DNA of 64,000 nt. Origin: an uncultured Bacilli bacterium. Lineage in GTDB: Bacteria; Bacillota_I; Bacilli_A; RF39; UBA660. Shown piece after piece: positions 1 to 10,750 of this stretch. Every line of letters starts with the position of its first letter. Within the stretch, counting starts at the first letter, position 1. The DNA is taken from positions 163,257 to 227,256 of the forward strand of contig CALVKA010000003.1 of the NCBI GenBank assembly GCA_944332475.1, given 5' to 3'. The notes below the pieces were generated by a model. The model saw only the letters and a program-made list of their open reading frames with translations. It was not told the origin of the DNA and searched no databases. Made by a program: the position numbers and the translations under genes.

Positions 1-2688
1 TATTTCTTTATCTTCCATATTAGTATCATGATACTTTTTAACTAATCCCAAAATGTAATCAATATTTACATCTATAGATTTAATTAATTCCATTTCAAAT
101 ACAACATCTTCAGAAACATCTGTTTTTTCTCTTTTTGTCTTATTTCTAAAGTCATTATATATTTCAATATAAAGGCTTTGGTAATCTTGTCTATCTCTTT
201 CTGATAACAATTGTTCATCTTTAAATTCATCAAATGAAGATAAAATATTAGTAACCTTTAGTATTGCACCATATAATTTAATAAATTCTTTTTGTGCTTG
301 CTCACCCTGCATTAATTCTCCAGGTACAAATTTGGATGTTAACTTTTCCACTAATTCTTTATATCCTTCAAATCTTTTACCATTTTCTTCTTCATATCCA
401 TAATAATAATCTTTATATGGTTTTAATAAGACTACACCATGTGCATTTTCATCGCCAAATTTAGCAAGGGCTTCGTTTAATCTATCTTCAAGATTTCTAA
501 ACGATACAATATTACCATAAGTTTTTACACTATTTAATATTCTATTGGTACGAGAAAAAGCTTGTATTAAACCATGCCATTTTAAATTTTTATCAACCCA
601 TAATGTATTTAATGCTTTAGCATCAAATCCAGTTAAAAACATATTAGCAACAATTAATATATCGATTTCTCTATTTTTCATTCTTAATGATACATCTTTA
701 TAATAATTTTGAAATTTTTCTGAAGATGTATCATAACTTGTTCCAAACATTTTATTATAATCTTTAATCGCGTTATCTAAGAAAGTTCTATCATCAATAC
801 TTAAATTTTCTGTTGATTCTGAATTTTCATCAATTACACCATCTTCGTTATTTACACCATAGGAATAAATAATTACAACTTTTAAATTACTATTATTCAA
901 GTCTTGTACTTTTTTAAACTCAGTATAATATTCTTTGGCCATCTTAATACTTGAAACAGCAAATATAGAATTAAAGCCATTTATATTCTTTTTGGTCTTA
1001 ATTTCTTCTGTGCTTTGCTTTTTAGCAACATCAACAACATTATCTAATGTAGAATAAACATAAGATTCATTTGTCTTTGTTTTAGTGCTAAAATGCTCAA
1101 TAATATAATTGGTGATTAGATTAATTCTAATTTTATTATCAAATAATTTTTCTTCATCAATATTATAAACTTTTTCATCTTTTATATCATCTCTAATGTC
1201 AACTCTACCAACATATTCATATCTAAAAGGCAAGACATTTTTATCAGCAATGGCATTTACAATTGTATAAGTATGCAATCTCTCTCCAAATACTTGTTCT
1301 GTTGTTTCAGATATTCCTTTAATAGTTCTAGCATTTTCTGGAAATATTGGAGTACCAGTGAATCCGAAAATATAATATTTTTTGAATTTTTTTATAATTG
1401 ATTTATGCATCTCTCCAAATTGGGATCTGTGACATTCATCAAATATAAATACTACATGCTTATTAAACACTTCACTTTCTGTGTTCTTTTTAATAAAAGT
1501 TGATAGCTTTTGAATAGTTGTGATAATGATTTTAGCATTATCATCATACAATTGATTTTCTAATACTTTTGTCGATGTATTTGAATTAGCTGCACCTTCT
1601 TTGAATTTATCATATTCTTTCATTGTTTGATAATCTAAATCTTTTCTATCTACAACGAATAATACTTTATCTATATATGAAAGATTACTAGTTAGTTGTG
1701 ACGTTTTAAAAGATGTTAAGGTTTTTCCTGAACCTGTTGTATGCCAGATATACCCTCCTGCTTTAATAGATCCATAAAGTTTATTATTGTAAGCGATATT
1801 AATTTTATTTAATATCTTTTCTGTTGCGACTATTTGATATGGTCTCATTACAAGTAATTCTTCTTCACTAGTAAAAACACAATATTTTGTTAAAACATTT
1901 AATAAAGTGTGTTTTGTTAAAAATGTCTTAGCAAAGTCAATTAGGTCAGTAATTCCTTTGTTTTTTTGATCTGCCCAATAAGATGTAAATTCAAATGAGT
2001 TAGATTTTCTTTTTATTTTATTATTTATATGAAATTCTCTTGTAGTATTAGAATAATATTTTGTTAGTGTTCCGTTAGAAATAATAAATATTTGTATAAA
2101 GTTATAAAGACCACTTCCGGCCCAGAAAGAATCTCTTTGATATCTTTCTATTTGATTAAATGCCTCTCTTAAATCTACGCCCCTTTTCTTTAATTCAATA
2201 TGCACTAATGGAAGTCCATTTACTAAAATAGTAACATCATACCTGTTATCATAATTACCATCATTATTAACATATTGATTAATAACTTGTAATCTGTTGT
2301 TATGAATATTATTCTTATCAATTAAGTATATATTTCTTTTTTCACCAGAATCTAAAGTTATTTCTTGTTTGTAATCTTCTTGTATTAATCTAGTTTTTTC
2401 TATTATATAATCATTTTTATTAGCAATAACTTTACTGAGGAAAAAATCCCATTCTCCATCTGTAAATTGATAATTATTAAGTTTTTCTAATTGATTTCTT
2501 AGATTTAGAATTAATTCATTTTCACTATGAATTGATAAGTATTCATATCCCTCTTCTACTAACGTATTAATCAATTCTTTTTCTAAAGCAGATTCACTTT
2601 GAAATGATGTTACTACTCTATCTAATGGTTTGTATTCTGCAAGCACTGTCGAATTATCATTTTCACTAATTAAACCTATATTATTCAT
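1..2688 (-). CDS. hsdR: Type I restriction enzyme R subunit HsdR (N-terminal ~895 codons; C-terminus runs off the left window edge)
   Basis: Own translation from ATG at 2686-2688 (minus strand) gives MNNIGLISENDNSTVLAEYKPLDRV..., with Walker A HTTGSGKT and DEAH-type box FDECHRSQ, typical of HsdR. No complete ORF is listed in the ORF track for 1-2688, consistent with one long ORF open at the edge. Start overlaps the stop of the upstream 148-aa ORF (ATGA). Confidence 0.85.
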   Translation of the reverse strand, partial: MNNIGLISENDNSTVLAEYKPLDRVVTSFQSESALEKELINTLVEEGYEYLSIHSENELILNLRNQLEKLNNYQFTDGEWDFFLSKVIANKNDYIIEKTRLIQEDYKQEITLDSGEKRNIYLIDKNNIHNNRLQVINQYVNNDGNYDNRYDVTILVNGLPLVHIELKKRGVDLREAFNQIERYQRDSFWAGSGLYNFIQIFIISNGTLTKYYSNTTREFHINNKIKRKSNSFEFTSYWADQKNKGITDLIDFAKTFLTKHTLLNVLTKYCVFTSEEELLVMRPYQIVATEKILNKINIAYNNKLYGSIKAGGYIWHTTGSGKTLTSFKTSQLTSNLSYIDKVLFVVDRKDLDYQTMKEYDKFKEGAANSNTSTKVLENQLYDDNAKIIITTIQKLSTFIKKNTESEVFNKHVVFIFDECHRSQFGEMHKSIIKKFKKYYIFGFTGTPIFPENARTIKGISETTEQVFGERLHTYTIVNAIADKNVLPFRYEYVGRVDIRDDIKDEKVYNIDEEKLFDNKIRINLITNYIIEHFSTKTKTNESYVYSTLDNVVDVAKKQSTEEIKTKKNINGFNSIFAVSSIKMAKEYYTEFKKVQDLNNSNLKVVIIYSYGVNNEDGVIDENSESTENLSIDDRTFLDNAIKDYNKMFGTSYDTSSEKFQNYYKDVSLRMKNREIDILIVANMFLTGFDAKALNTLWVDKNLKWHGLIQAFSRTNRILNSVKTYGNIVSFRNLEDRLNEALAKFGDENAHGVVLLKPYKDYYYGYEEENGKRFEGYKELVEKLTSKFVPGELMQGEQAQKEFIKLYGAILKVTNILSSFDEFKDEQLLSERDRQDYQSLYIEIYNDFRNKTKREKTDVSEDVVFEMELIKSIDVNIDYILGLVKKYHDTNMEDKEI

Positions 2689-3131
2689 TTTCTTTCACCA
2701 ACAATCTTTTTAATTTCATTTAATATTAAATCCATTCTTTTACCATCTAGCACTTTAGCGTACCAATTATAGTTACGGATATCCTTTAATTCTTTTAAAT
2801 AGTCTGCATTTCTAAAAACCACTACATCACCTAAAGGAACTGGTAATATAAATTCTAAAGTTGGGCCATATTCTAACATTTTTAAATCTGTGTAATCTTG
2901 TTTCATTTCAGTGCAATGTTTAAATGCATTATTAAAGGCTATACATGCATTCTTCAACTCGTCTTCTTTAGTTTTAGGATCTTTTATAAAATTATTAAAC
3001 AGTGCTCCTAATTGGCTGAAGGTATTAGCTGTTTTTCTATATAATGTTAATTCATCAAAATTGCATTTATTTACATATTCTGTTAAATCACTTAATTCTT
3101 TCCTTGCACTTTCTAATAATAATCTATTCAT
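2685..3131 (-). CDS. hypothetical 148-aa protein inserted between the prrC-like gene and hsdR
   Basis: Complete ORF in track; translationally coupled on both sides (2-nt gap upstream, ATGA overlap with hsdR). No recognisable motif. Confidence 0.5.
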   Translation of the reverse strand: MNRLLLESARKELSDLTEYVNKCNFDELTLYRKTANTFSQLGALFNNFIKDPKTKEDELKNACIAFNNAFKHCTEMKQDYTDLKMLEYGPTLEFILPVPLGDVVVFRNADYLKELKDIRNYNWYAKVLDGKRMDLILNEIKKIVGERK

Positions 3132-4221
3132 CTTTTACCTCCATTTTATAATAATTTATAAAATCCATAAATCCTTCTATAAATATTGTTTTTTCATTAC
3201 TTGTCAGCTCAAAATATTCAAACTCTGGCAAATTACCATGGCTATATAAATTGATTAATTTAATTAATTCTTTAGTATATTCTTTCTGTGGTAAACAATC
3301 TTCATATTTTTTATAGCCAAAATAATTTGCTGTCTTTTCTAATAAAATCCTAAACATATTAAAATTTATCTTTTCTAAACTATCATTATTGATAGCTTCA
3401 TTTATTTTTTTTACTAAAATTAAATGATATCCAAAAGGAGAATCACCCTTTTCTTCAAGACAATATTTGTATTTATTTTTTATTAAGACATAGGAATTAA
3501 ATTTAATATAGTTCTCTCTTTTTAGTAAATTGTAAATTGCATTATAAAATAATGCATGATGTGTTGTAATTAAAATACTGGGTCTATCTTCTTCTGTTAA
3601 TTCATTTATCCTTTCAATCAGCTCATATATTTTAACGGCTATATTCATTATTCTTATATCATCAATAGAAGATACAGGGTCATCAATTACAATATATTTA
3701 ATATTGTCAAAAATATCAGTTGATCTATTTTCTTTTTCTTCTTTTAGTTCGTAAATCATGGAATCTATAAATGTGTAAAATATACTCCATATAAAAAGAC
3801 TTTCTTCTGCTTTTGAAATTTTAATATCATAATCATATCCATCTTTAGTTTTAGCACTGAACTCTATTATACCACTTTCTAAATCCATTGATGGTTCAAT
3901 AATATCATCGCAAAATAACTTGAAGTTATCTTCAATTGCTTTTTCTAATCCCTGTTCAGTTATGAACTTAACTATCCAAGAAATGCTATTAATATTCAAA
4001 AATTGCGAATCATTTACCCAGGAAAATTCATCTTGAAATATCGAATTAAAACATAAAACTTTATCTTCCTGTTTCTCCGTAAACATTCTAGAAATTCTTG
4101 TTTTTCCGGTTCCATTGAAAGCATATATCAGATCAACTTTTATTTTTGTACTGAGACTATTAAAATCTTTATTAATTTCATTATATATTTGCTCTATATC
4201 TTCACTTTCTACTTTCTTCAT
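3124..4221 (-). CDS. prrC: PrrC-like anticodon nuclease (ABC-type ATPase N-domain plus C-terminal ACNase domain)
   Basis: Walker A AFNGTGKTRIS near the N-terminus. ABC-like Walker B/D-loop YIVIDDPVSSIDD. C-terminal R-x32-N-x3-H arrangement (MFRILLEK...LINLYSHGN) with a ~37-aa tail, mirroring the Arg320/Asn352/His356 arrangement of E. coli PrrC. Located between hsdS and hsdR exactly as in the E. coli prr locus. Confidence 0.6.
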   Translation of the reverse strand: MKKVESEDIEQIYNEINKDFNSLSTKIKVDLIYAFNGTGKTRISRMFTEKQEDKVLCFNSIFQDEFSWVNDSQFLNINSISWIVKFITEQGLEKAIEDNFKLFCDDIIEPSMDLESGIIEFSAKTKDGYDYDIKISKAEESLFIWSIFYTFIDSMIYELKEEKENRSTDIFDNIKYIVIDDPVSSIDDIRIMNIAVKIYELIERINELTEEDRPSILITTHHALFYNAIYNLLKRENYIKFNSYVLIKNKYKYCLEEKGDSPFGYHLILVKKINEAINNDSLEKINFNMFRILLEKTANYFGYKKYEDCLPQKEYTKELIKLINLYSHGNLPEFEYFELTSNEKTIFIEGFMDFINYYKMEVKDE

Positions 4222-4789
4222 TTTTTAATTCCTCAAAACTCAATAATTTATCTCTATAATATTCATATTGTTTTTTTCTTAATTCTATTTCAGCTGGTAA
4301 TCCTTCAGAAATACCATCAATTAACTTATTAAATTTGTCTAAAATACAAACAATCTTTTCTTGCTCTTCTAAACAAGGTAAATATATTTCAAAATTTTCA
4401 GTTATTGGTAGTGATATTTGTGGCATTGATCCCATTTGACTTCCCATACTTCTAAAATAATTAATATTATTTTTTAAATAGTAATATAGATACTTTACTG
4501 TAATTTGATTTTCACATGTATATGCCCACATTTCATTTTTAAACGTAAATGATTTATCATAGTAAATAAAATCTATTAGTCCTCTTGATTGGACAATAAC
4601 ACAAGGATAGTCAATAATATTAGCTTTTGGGATTTCTTCTATATTGGTGTTTACTGCAGTTTGTCCGCCAGCAAATATTTTTATATTACCATCCTTCTTT
4701 TCAATTTCTTTCATTTTACCAGCTGTTATTGAAGTTCCTTTTACTCTTTTAAAAGCATCACTTAATTTAACTTTTGTATATCCAAACAC
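4202..4789 (-). CDS. HsdS-related half subunit (single target-recognition domain plus C-terminal conserved region), GTG start
   Basis: C-terminus LPAEIELRKKQYEYYRDKLLSFEEL resembles the C-terminal conserved region of the upstream full HsdS (LPAEKELRQQQYEYYRDMLLTFAD). Start is GTG at 4787-4789. The in-frame upstream extension has no stop through the TGTC repeat. Confidence 0.7.
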   Translation of the reverse strand: MFGYTKVKLSDAFKRVKGTSITAGKMKEIEKKDGNIKIFAGGQTAVNTNIEEIPKANIIDYPCVIVQSRGLIDFIYYDKSFTFKNEMWAYTCENQITVKYLYYYLKNNINYFRSMGSQMGSMPQISLPITENFEIYLPCLEEQEKIVCILDKFNKLIDGISEGLPAEIELRKKQYEYYRDKLLSFEELKNEESRK

Positions 4790-4806
4790 ATATTGTAAAA
4801 GCCTAA

Positions 4807-5989
<1,183 letters not shown>

Positions 5990-6006
<17 letters not shown>

Positions 6007-7564
6007 CCTCTAATTCTCTGATTATCTCTTCTAGTTCTTTTCTTAGTTGTTCTTGTCTAGGAACTATTTCTGCCAATCTTTTGTTTACTTCTTTTATATC
6101 TATTTTTTTCTCATTTAAATTAGTCTTTAAATAAGAGTTTACAGAAATATTATAGTCATTTTCTTTTACTTCTTCATAGGTTGCTAGATAAGATTTATTC
6201 TCTACTTCTTTTCTTTCTTTTAATAAATTAATAATATTATTAATATTTTCATCTGATAGCTTATTTTTATTTGTATTTCTGACAAATTCAGTTGAGGCAT
6301 CTACAAATAGAATATTATTATCAGTTTTATTTTTCTTTAGGATTAAAATGCAAGTAGCAATAGTGGTTCCAAAAAATAAATCTGGTGGTAATTGAATAAC
6401 TGTATCTACATAGTTATTATCAATCATATACTTTCTTATTTTTTGTTCTGCTCCACCTCTATATAGTACTCCAGGAAATTCAACTATTGCAGCTGTTCCT
6501 TTTGGAGAAAGCCATGATAACATATGCATTGTAAATGCTAAATCTGCTTTAGAGGAAGGTGCTAATACTCCTGCTGGTGAAAATCTTTCATCATTTATTA
6601 ATAATGGATTTTCTTTTCCAGCCCAGTGAATTGAATATGGAGGATTAGATACTATTGCATCAAAAGGTTCATCATCCCAGTGTTGTGGATGAATTAATGT
6701 ATCTCCCCTTGCTATATTAAAATTATTATAATTTATATTATGTAAAAACATATTTATTCTAGCTAAGTTATATGTTGTTAAATTTATTTCTTGTCCAAAG
6801 AATCCTTGTTTAACATTTTCTTTTCCTAATATCTTAGCAAACTTTAACAATAAACCTCCTGATCCACATGCTGGATCATATACTTTATTAACTGAGGTTT
6901 TATCCATAATAACAATTCTAGCAAGTAATTCTCCTACTTCTTGGGGAGTAAAGAATTCGCCTCCCGATTTACCTGCAGAAGATGCATACATTGTCATCAA
7001 AAATTCATAAGCATCTCCAAATAAATCTATATTATTATCTTGGTAATCTCCTAATTTTAAATCACCAATAGCATTAAGCATCTTAACTAATTTTTGATTT
7101 CTTTCATCTACTGTATTTCCTAATTTATTATCTATTGTAAAATCGTCAAATAAACCTTTTACATCATTCTCTGATGCTGTTCCTCTAGCAGATGCTTCAA
7201 TGTTATTAAAGACATTTGAAATTGTTACATTTAAATTTTCATTTTGGTCAGCATTTTTTCGGATATTGCAAAATAATTCACTTGGTAAAATGAAGAATCC
7301 TTTTTCTTCTAGTATTTGCAGCTTTCCCATTATTGCTTCTTCATCAGTTATATTTCTATATTCAAAATTAGAAATACCTGCTTTTCTTTGATTTTCATTA
7401 ACATAGTGTTCTATATTTTCAGAAATAAATCTATAGAATAATAATCCTAATACATATTGTTTAAAGTCCCATCCATCTACAGCTCCTCTTAATTCATTTG
7501 CTATTTTCCATATAGTTTTATGTACTTCTTCACGTTCTTGTTCTTTTTTGTTACTCATTTTCAC
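5990..7564 (-). CDS. hsdM: Type I R-M N6-adenine DNA methyltransferase subunit HsdM
   Basis: 524 aa with the NPPYS catalytic motif and an HsdM-typical N-terminus. RBS GAGGTG upstream. Confidence 0.9.
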
Positions 7565-7592
7565 ACCTCATTATCAATATCATATTATAAAA

Positions 7593-8279
7593 TTATCTTC
7601 CAAGTATATCCCAGGCTGTAAGAATACCTATAACTTTTTCTTCTTTACCATTTTCTGTAACTAAAACACATGATAACTTACTTCCTTTTTTAAATTCATT
7701 AATAAATTCTAAACAAATATCATCATACAATCTATTTCTACTTGCAAATTTTATGATTTCTTTTGATTTGTTAAAACTTATAAAGTCTTTAATGTCCTTA
7801 AACAATGTATTTTCATCTATTTCTACAATTTTATTTTCATATAAATAATTAAATAATACCCCTTCACTAAAAATTCCTACTAATTTATTGTTGTCATAAA
7901 TTGGAATGTGAGTATAATTATTTTCCATCATCTTTTTCATTTTTTCTCTAACATTATCATTTAAATTAGCAGCATAAACGTTTTTGGTTGACTTATCATA
8001 AACTTTAAATGGATGCTTTATTTCTTCGATAATTCCATCTAATTTTTTTATCATATCTTCTCCATAAAAAATGAATTCATTTTCATAACTATTATGTGCT
8101 ATCCTATTTCTACACACTCTGCAAAAATCAATAAAGTCATATTGTGAGTAATAAGGTTCTCTATGTTTATTTTTTAATTCTTTAATCTTTTCTATTAATT
8201 TTTCATCCTTGTTTTCTTCATTTATTGTAAGTTTTTCAAATTCTAAAAATTTTCTTCTAAAAATTTCTGTGTTTTCCAT
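7593..8279 (-). CDS. HEPN-like (Rx4H) N-terminal domain fused to a tandem CBS-domain pair
   Basis: CRNRIAHN (R-x4-H) in the N-terminal ~110 aa. C-terminal ~120 aa has two CBS-like repeats (HIPIYDNNKLVGIFSEGVL... and SCVLVTENGKEEKVIGILTAWDIL). Lies 28 nt upstream of hsdM, same strand. Confidence 0.45.
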   Translation of the reverse strand: MENTEIFRRKFLEFEKLTINEENKDEKLIEKIKELKNKHREPYYSQYDFIDFCRVCRNRIAHNSYENEFIFYGEDMIKKLDGIIEEIKHPFKVYDKSTKNVYAANLNDNVREKMKKMMENNYTHIPIYDNNKLVGIFSEGVLFNYLYENKIVEIDENTLFKDIKDFISFNKSKEIIKFASRNRLYDDICLEFINEFKKGSKLSCVLVTENGKEEKVIGILTAWDILGR

Positions 8280-8308
8280 CGTTATTATTAACTCCGTTTC
8301 ATATAGTA

Positions 8309-9139
8309 TTAAAATAATTCTTTCACAATTAAATCTTCTGAATGTAAATTATTATTTTTACCTAATAACAAATTCTCATAAAATTTAATTAAATAAATTT
8401 TATCCTCTTTTATATTTAAGTAATTATTGAAATAATTACTTCTTACTAGTGCATTTCTAAAATATACTGATTTATCTTTAAATAATGAGTTATCTGCTTT
8501 GTATCCAAGGCTAGTTAAATATTTTTCTATGAATACTGCTGTTGTTCTAGTGTTACCTTCTCTAAAGGGATGTACTTGCCAGATATTAGATGTAAAATCA
8601 GTAATATTTTTAATGACTTCTACAATATTCATATTTTTGTAGTCTTTCTCTTTTTCTAGACTAATATCATATTCTAATGATTCTGTTAATGTTTTAGAAT
8701 CTCCATAAGCAACTGAATCATTATTTAATATTTTTTCATGTTTCGAAAAATCTATTTTTCTAAACTCTCCTGCAAATTCATAAACATCTTGAAATAAATA
8801 TTTATGAATATATTTTAGATAATCTACTGATAATTCAAAATTATCTTGATTTAATAATTCAACAATTCTCATAGATACAAAATCACATTCTAATTCATTA
8901 TGATTAATATTCTTTTCTTTTGTGGTGTAATATTCTTTTAGACTTTGTTCTACTTCTTTTAGTGTTAATTCACCTAAGATATTTTTTTCTTTTAGTTGTT
9001 CTAAGTATTTAGATGGTTTTAAATTATCTACTTGTTGTAATCCTATAGCCATATCCCATTGTAACTGTTTTACATATCCTTTGGGATATGTTTTTTCTTG
9101 ATATGGATTTAGGCTGGAATCTAGTTCTTTTTCGCTCAT
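8309..9139 (-). CDS. Fic/Doc family protein (degenerate Fic motif HPFREGNTRTT)
   Basis: Fic core motif HxFx(D/E)GN(G/T)R present as HPFREGNTR; 276 aa. Confidence 0.75.
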   Translation of the reverse strand: MSEKELDSSLNPYQEKTYPKGYVKQLQWDMAIGLQQVDNLKPSKYLEQLKEKNILGELTLKEVEQSLKEYYTTKEKNINHNELECDFVSMRIVELLNQDNFELSVDYLKYIHKYLFQDVYEFAGEFRKIDFSKHEKILNNDSVAYGDSKTLTESLEYDISLEKEKDYKNMNIVEVIKNITDFTSNIWQVHPFREGNTRTTAVFIEKYLTSLGYKADNSLFKDKSVYFRNALVRSNYFNNYLNIKEDKIYLIKFYENLLLGKNNNLHSEDLIVKELF

Positions 9140-9165
9140 TTTATCACACCCAACATTTCTATTTC

Positions 9166-9194
9166 ATTATATCAGTTTTTTTATTATTAGTAAA
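9166..9194 (-). promoter_or_regulatory. sigma-A-like promoter for the fic-HEPN/CBS-hsdMS operon (-35 TTTACT, 17-nt spacer, -10 TATAAT)
   Basis: Minus-strand TTTACT at 9189-9194 and TATAAT at 9166-9171, spacer exactly 17 nt, ~25 nt upstream of the fic start. Confidence 0.35.
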
Positions 9195-9229
9195 TTTAGC
9201 ATTTTTACTAATTGGTAAAAAATGGCAGT

Positions 9230-9967
9230 TTATTCTATATCTAAGTCTTCTTTATAATTTATACAATTATTTAAAATATTTAAAAGTTCTAATTTCAATT
9301 CACAATATTTATTTCTTTTTACATACCTTTTATCAATCTCCATTAGCATTTTATCAGTGTATTCATACAATATATAAATTAAATACGTTAAATTTTCCAT
9401 CCAAACAATTCTAGTTTTTGATAAATAATTATTATCATGAAGATATTCACTTAATGCTTCAAAATCATTATATATTTTTATATCTATTAATTTACATACA
9501 TCTTTAAAATTATAATTTTTTAATTTTACAGCATTTTTAATCCAACTATAAGGTCTTTGATCATCAAAACAATCACAAGAAATATTAAGAAAATCACATA
9601 ATCCTTCATAATCTTTTTTTATTCTGCTATGATATGGTTCGTTGCCGATTTTTTTCATAGCTTTGTATGCTCCATGTAAATACCAATATTTCCATATTTC
9701 TTTTTGTTTATATTTTTTTATTATATAAAAACAAACATAATTTTCAATCATAATTCGTAATTTACATGCTAAACCATTATAGTCTTCTATTAATATACAT
9801 GATAAAGCTTTTTGTAAATAGTCTAAATGTTTTTTTAAAAATAGGTTTTTTATGCCGTTATAGTCAGAAGTAATCATACAATACTCTCTTTTTGTCTGCT
9901 CAATATAATCAATATACTTTTTTAGTGCTTTTATTTCTTCTTTTTCTATATTGTAAATGTTATCCAA
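9230..9967 (-). CDS. hypothetical 245-aa protein (Cys-rich, no recognised domain)
   Basis: Complete ORF; first gene of the island next to tRNA-His. Confidence 0.5.
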   Translation of the reverse strand: MDNIYNIEKEEIKALKKYIDYIEQTKREYCMITSDYNGIKNLFLKKHLDYLQKALSCILIEDYNGLACKLRIMIENYVCFYIIKKYKQKEIWKYWYLHGAYKAMKKIGNEPYHSRIKKDYEGLCDFLNISCDCFDDQRPYSWIKNAVKLKNYNFKDVCKLIDIKIYNDFEALSEYLHDNNYLSKTRIVWMENLTYLIYILYEYTDKMLMEIDKRYVKRNKYCELKLELLNILNNCINYKEDLDIE

Positions 9968-10051
9968 AACTCTTCAAATTCGGTGTATAGTAGGTTTTCT
10001 AACTCTTTCATTTTAATTACTCCAGTTTTTATATTGTTTTTTATTTATTAT

Positions 10052-10081
10052 AACAAAAAAATCGATTCCAAAGAATCGATT
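10052..10081 (-). terminator. intrinsic terminator downstream of tRNA-His (9-bp perfect stem AATCGATTC/GAATCGATT, then U-tract)
   Basis: Hairpin at 10060-10081. On the minus strand it is followed by TTTTTTGTT; A-run on the other side makes it bidirectional. Confidence 0.6.
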
Positions 10082-10092
10082 TATATTCCTTA

Positions 10093-10169
10093 TGGGGCGT
10101 CGTATGAGGATCGAACTCATGCATACTGGTGCCACAAACCAGCGTGTTAACCACTTCACCAACGGCGCC
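10093..10169 (-). tRNA. tRNA-His (anticodon GTG) with encoded G-1 and 3' CCA
   Basis: Minus-strand read TGGCGCCGTTGGTGAAGTGGTTAACACGCTGGTTTGTGGCACCAGTATGCATGAGTTCGATCCTCATACGACGCCCCA. Anticodon stem CTGGT/ACCAG with loop TTGTGGC (GTG). T-loop TTCGATC. G-1:C73 pair diagnostic of tRNA-His. Confidence 0.85.
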
Positions 10170-10188
10170 ATGTCAGAAATACATACTT

Positions 10189-10217
10189 ATTTTATCAGTC
10201 TTTTTGTGTTTTGACAA
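10189..10217 (-). promoter_or_regulatory. sigma-A-like promoter for tRNA-His (-35 TTGTCA, 17-nt spacer, -10 TAAAAT)
   Basis: Minus-strand TTGTCA (10212-10217) and TAAAAT (10189-10194), ~20 nt upstream of the tRNA 5' end. Confidence 0.4.
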
Positions 10218-10294
10218 GTACTTTTTGTAATTTTTGGGTATTTGTCTTAGACATCTATCATTTTTTGGAATACATTAAATCGAAAGGAGATATT

Positions 10295-10750
10295 ATGTTT
10301 AACCAAAATTATATGTATCCATTTTATATGAATTCTAATGCTAATCGAAATTTTGTTGGGCAACCAGATTTATTTCGTAATAATACCATGCCATCTTTGT
10401 TTACTCCTGCAGTAGGTTTTGATAATGGTAATATGTTTTCTAATCTTTATAGTCCATATAAGAACTATAAACCAGCTAATGTGAGTGCTAATAATGATAG
10501 AGAATCTTTGATGAGAGAGTTAGGTCGTATTTCTTTTGCTGCTCATGAATTAAATCTTTATTTAGATTTACATCCAGAGGATTCTAGTATGATTACTTTG
10601 TTTAATGATTACCGTGAACAAGCTAATCAATTAATGAGAGAATATGATCAAAAGTTTGGGCCTTTAACAATTAGTAGTAATAGTTTAAATCAAACACCTT
10701 TTATGTGGGAAAAAGATGTATGGCCATGGGAGGTAAAACCTAATGTTTAA
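10295..10750 (+). CDS. cotJB: spore coat protein CotJB-like (with N-terminal extension)
   Basis: C-terminal region SFAAHELNLYLDLHPEDSSMITLFNDYREQANQLMREYDQKFGPLT matches the CotJB signature. ATG at 10295 preceded by AAAGGAG RBS; the track TTG start at 10211 is less likely. Directly precedes and overlaps cotJC. Confidence 0.6.
   Translation: MFNQNYMYPFYMNSNANRNFVGQPDLFRNNTMPSLFTPAVGFDNGNMFSNLYSPYKNYKPANVSANNDRESLMRELGRISFAAHELNLYLDLHPEDSSMITLFNDYREQANQLMREYDQKFGPLTISSNSLNQTPFMWEKDVWPWEVKPNV

Noticed and set aside
10211-10294. TTG start at 10211 for the cotJB-like ORF
   Set aside because: No RBS, whereas ATG at 10295 is preceded by AAAGGAG at correct spacing. The longer form is kept only as a possibility.
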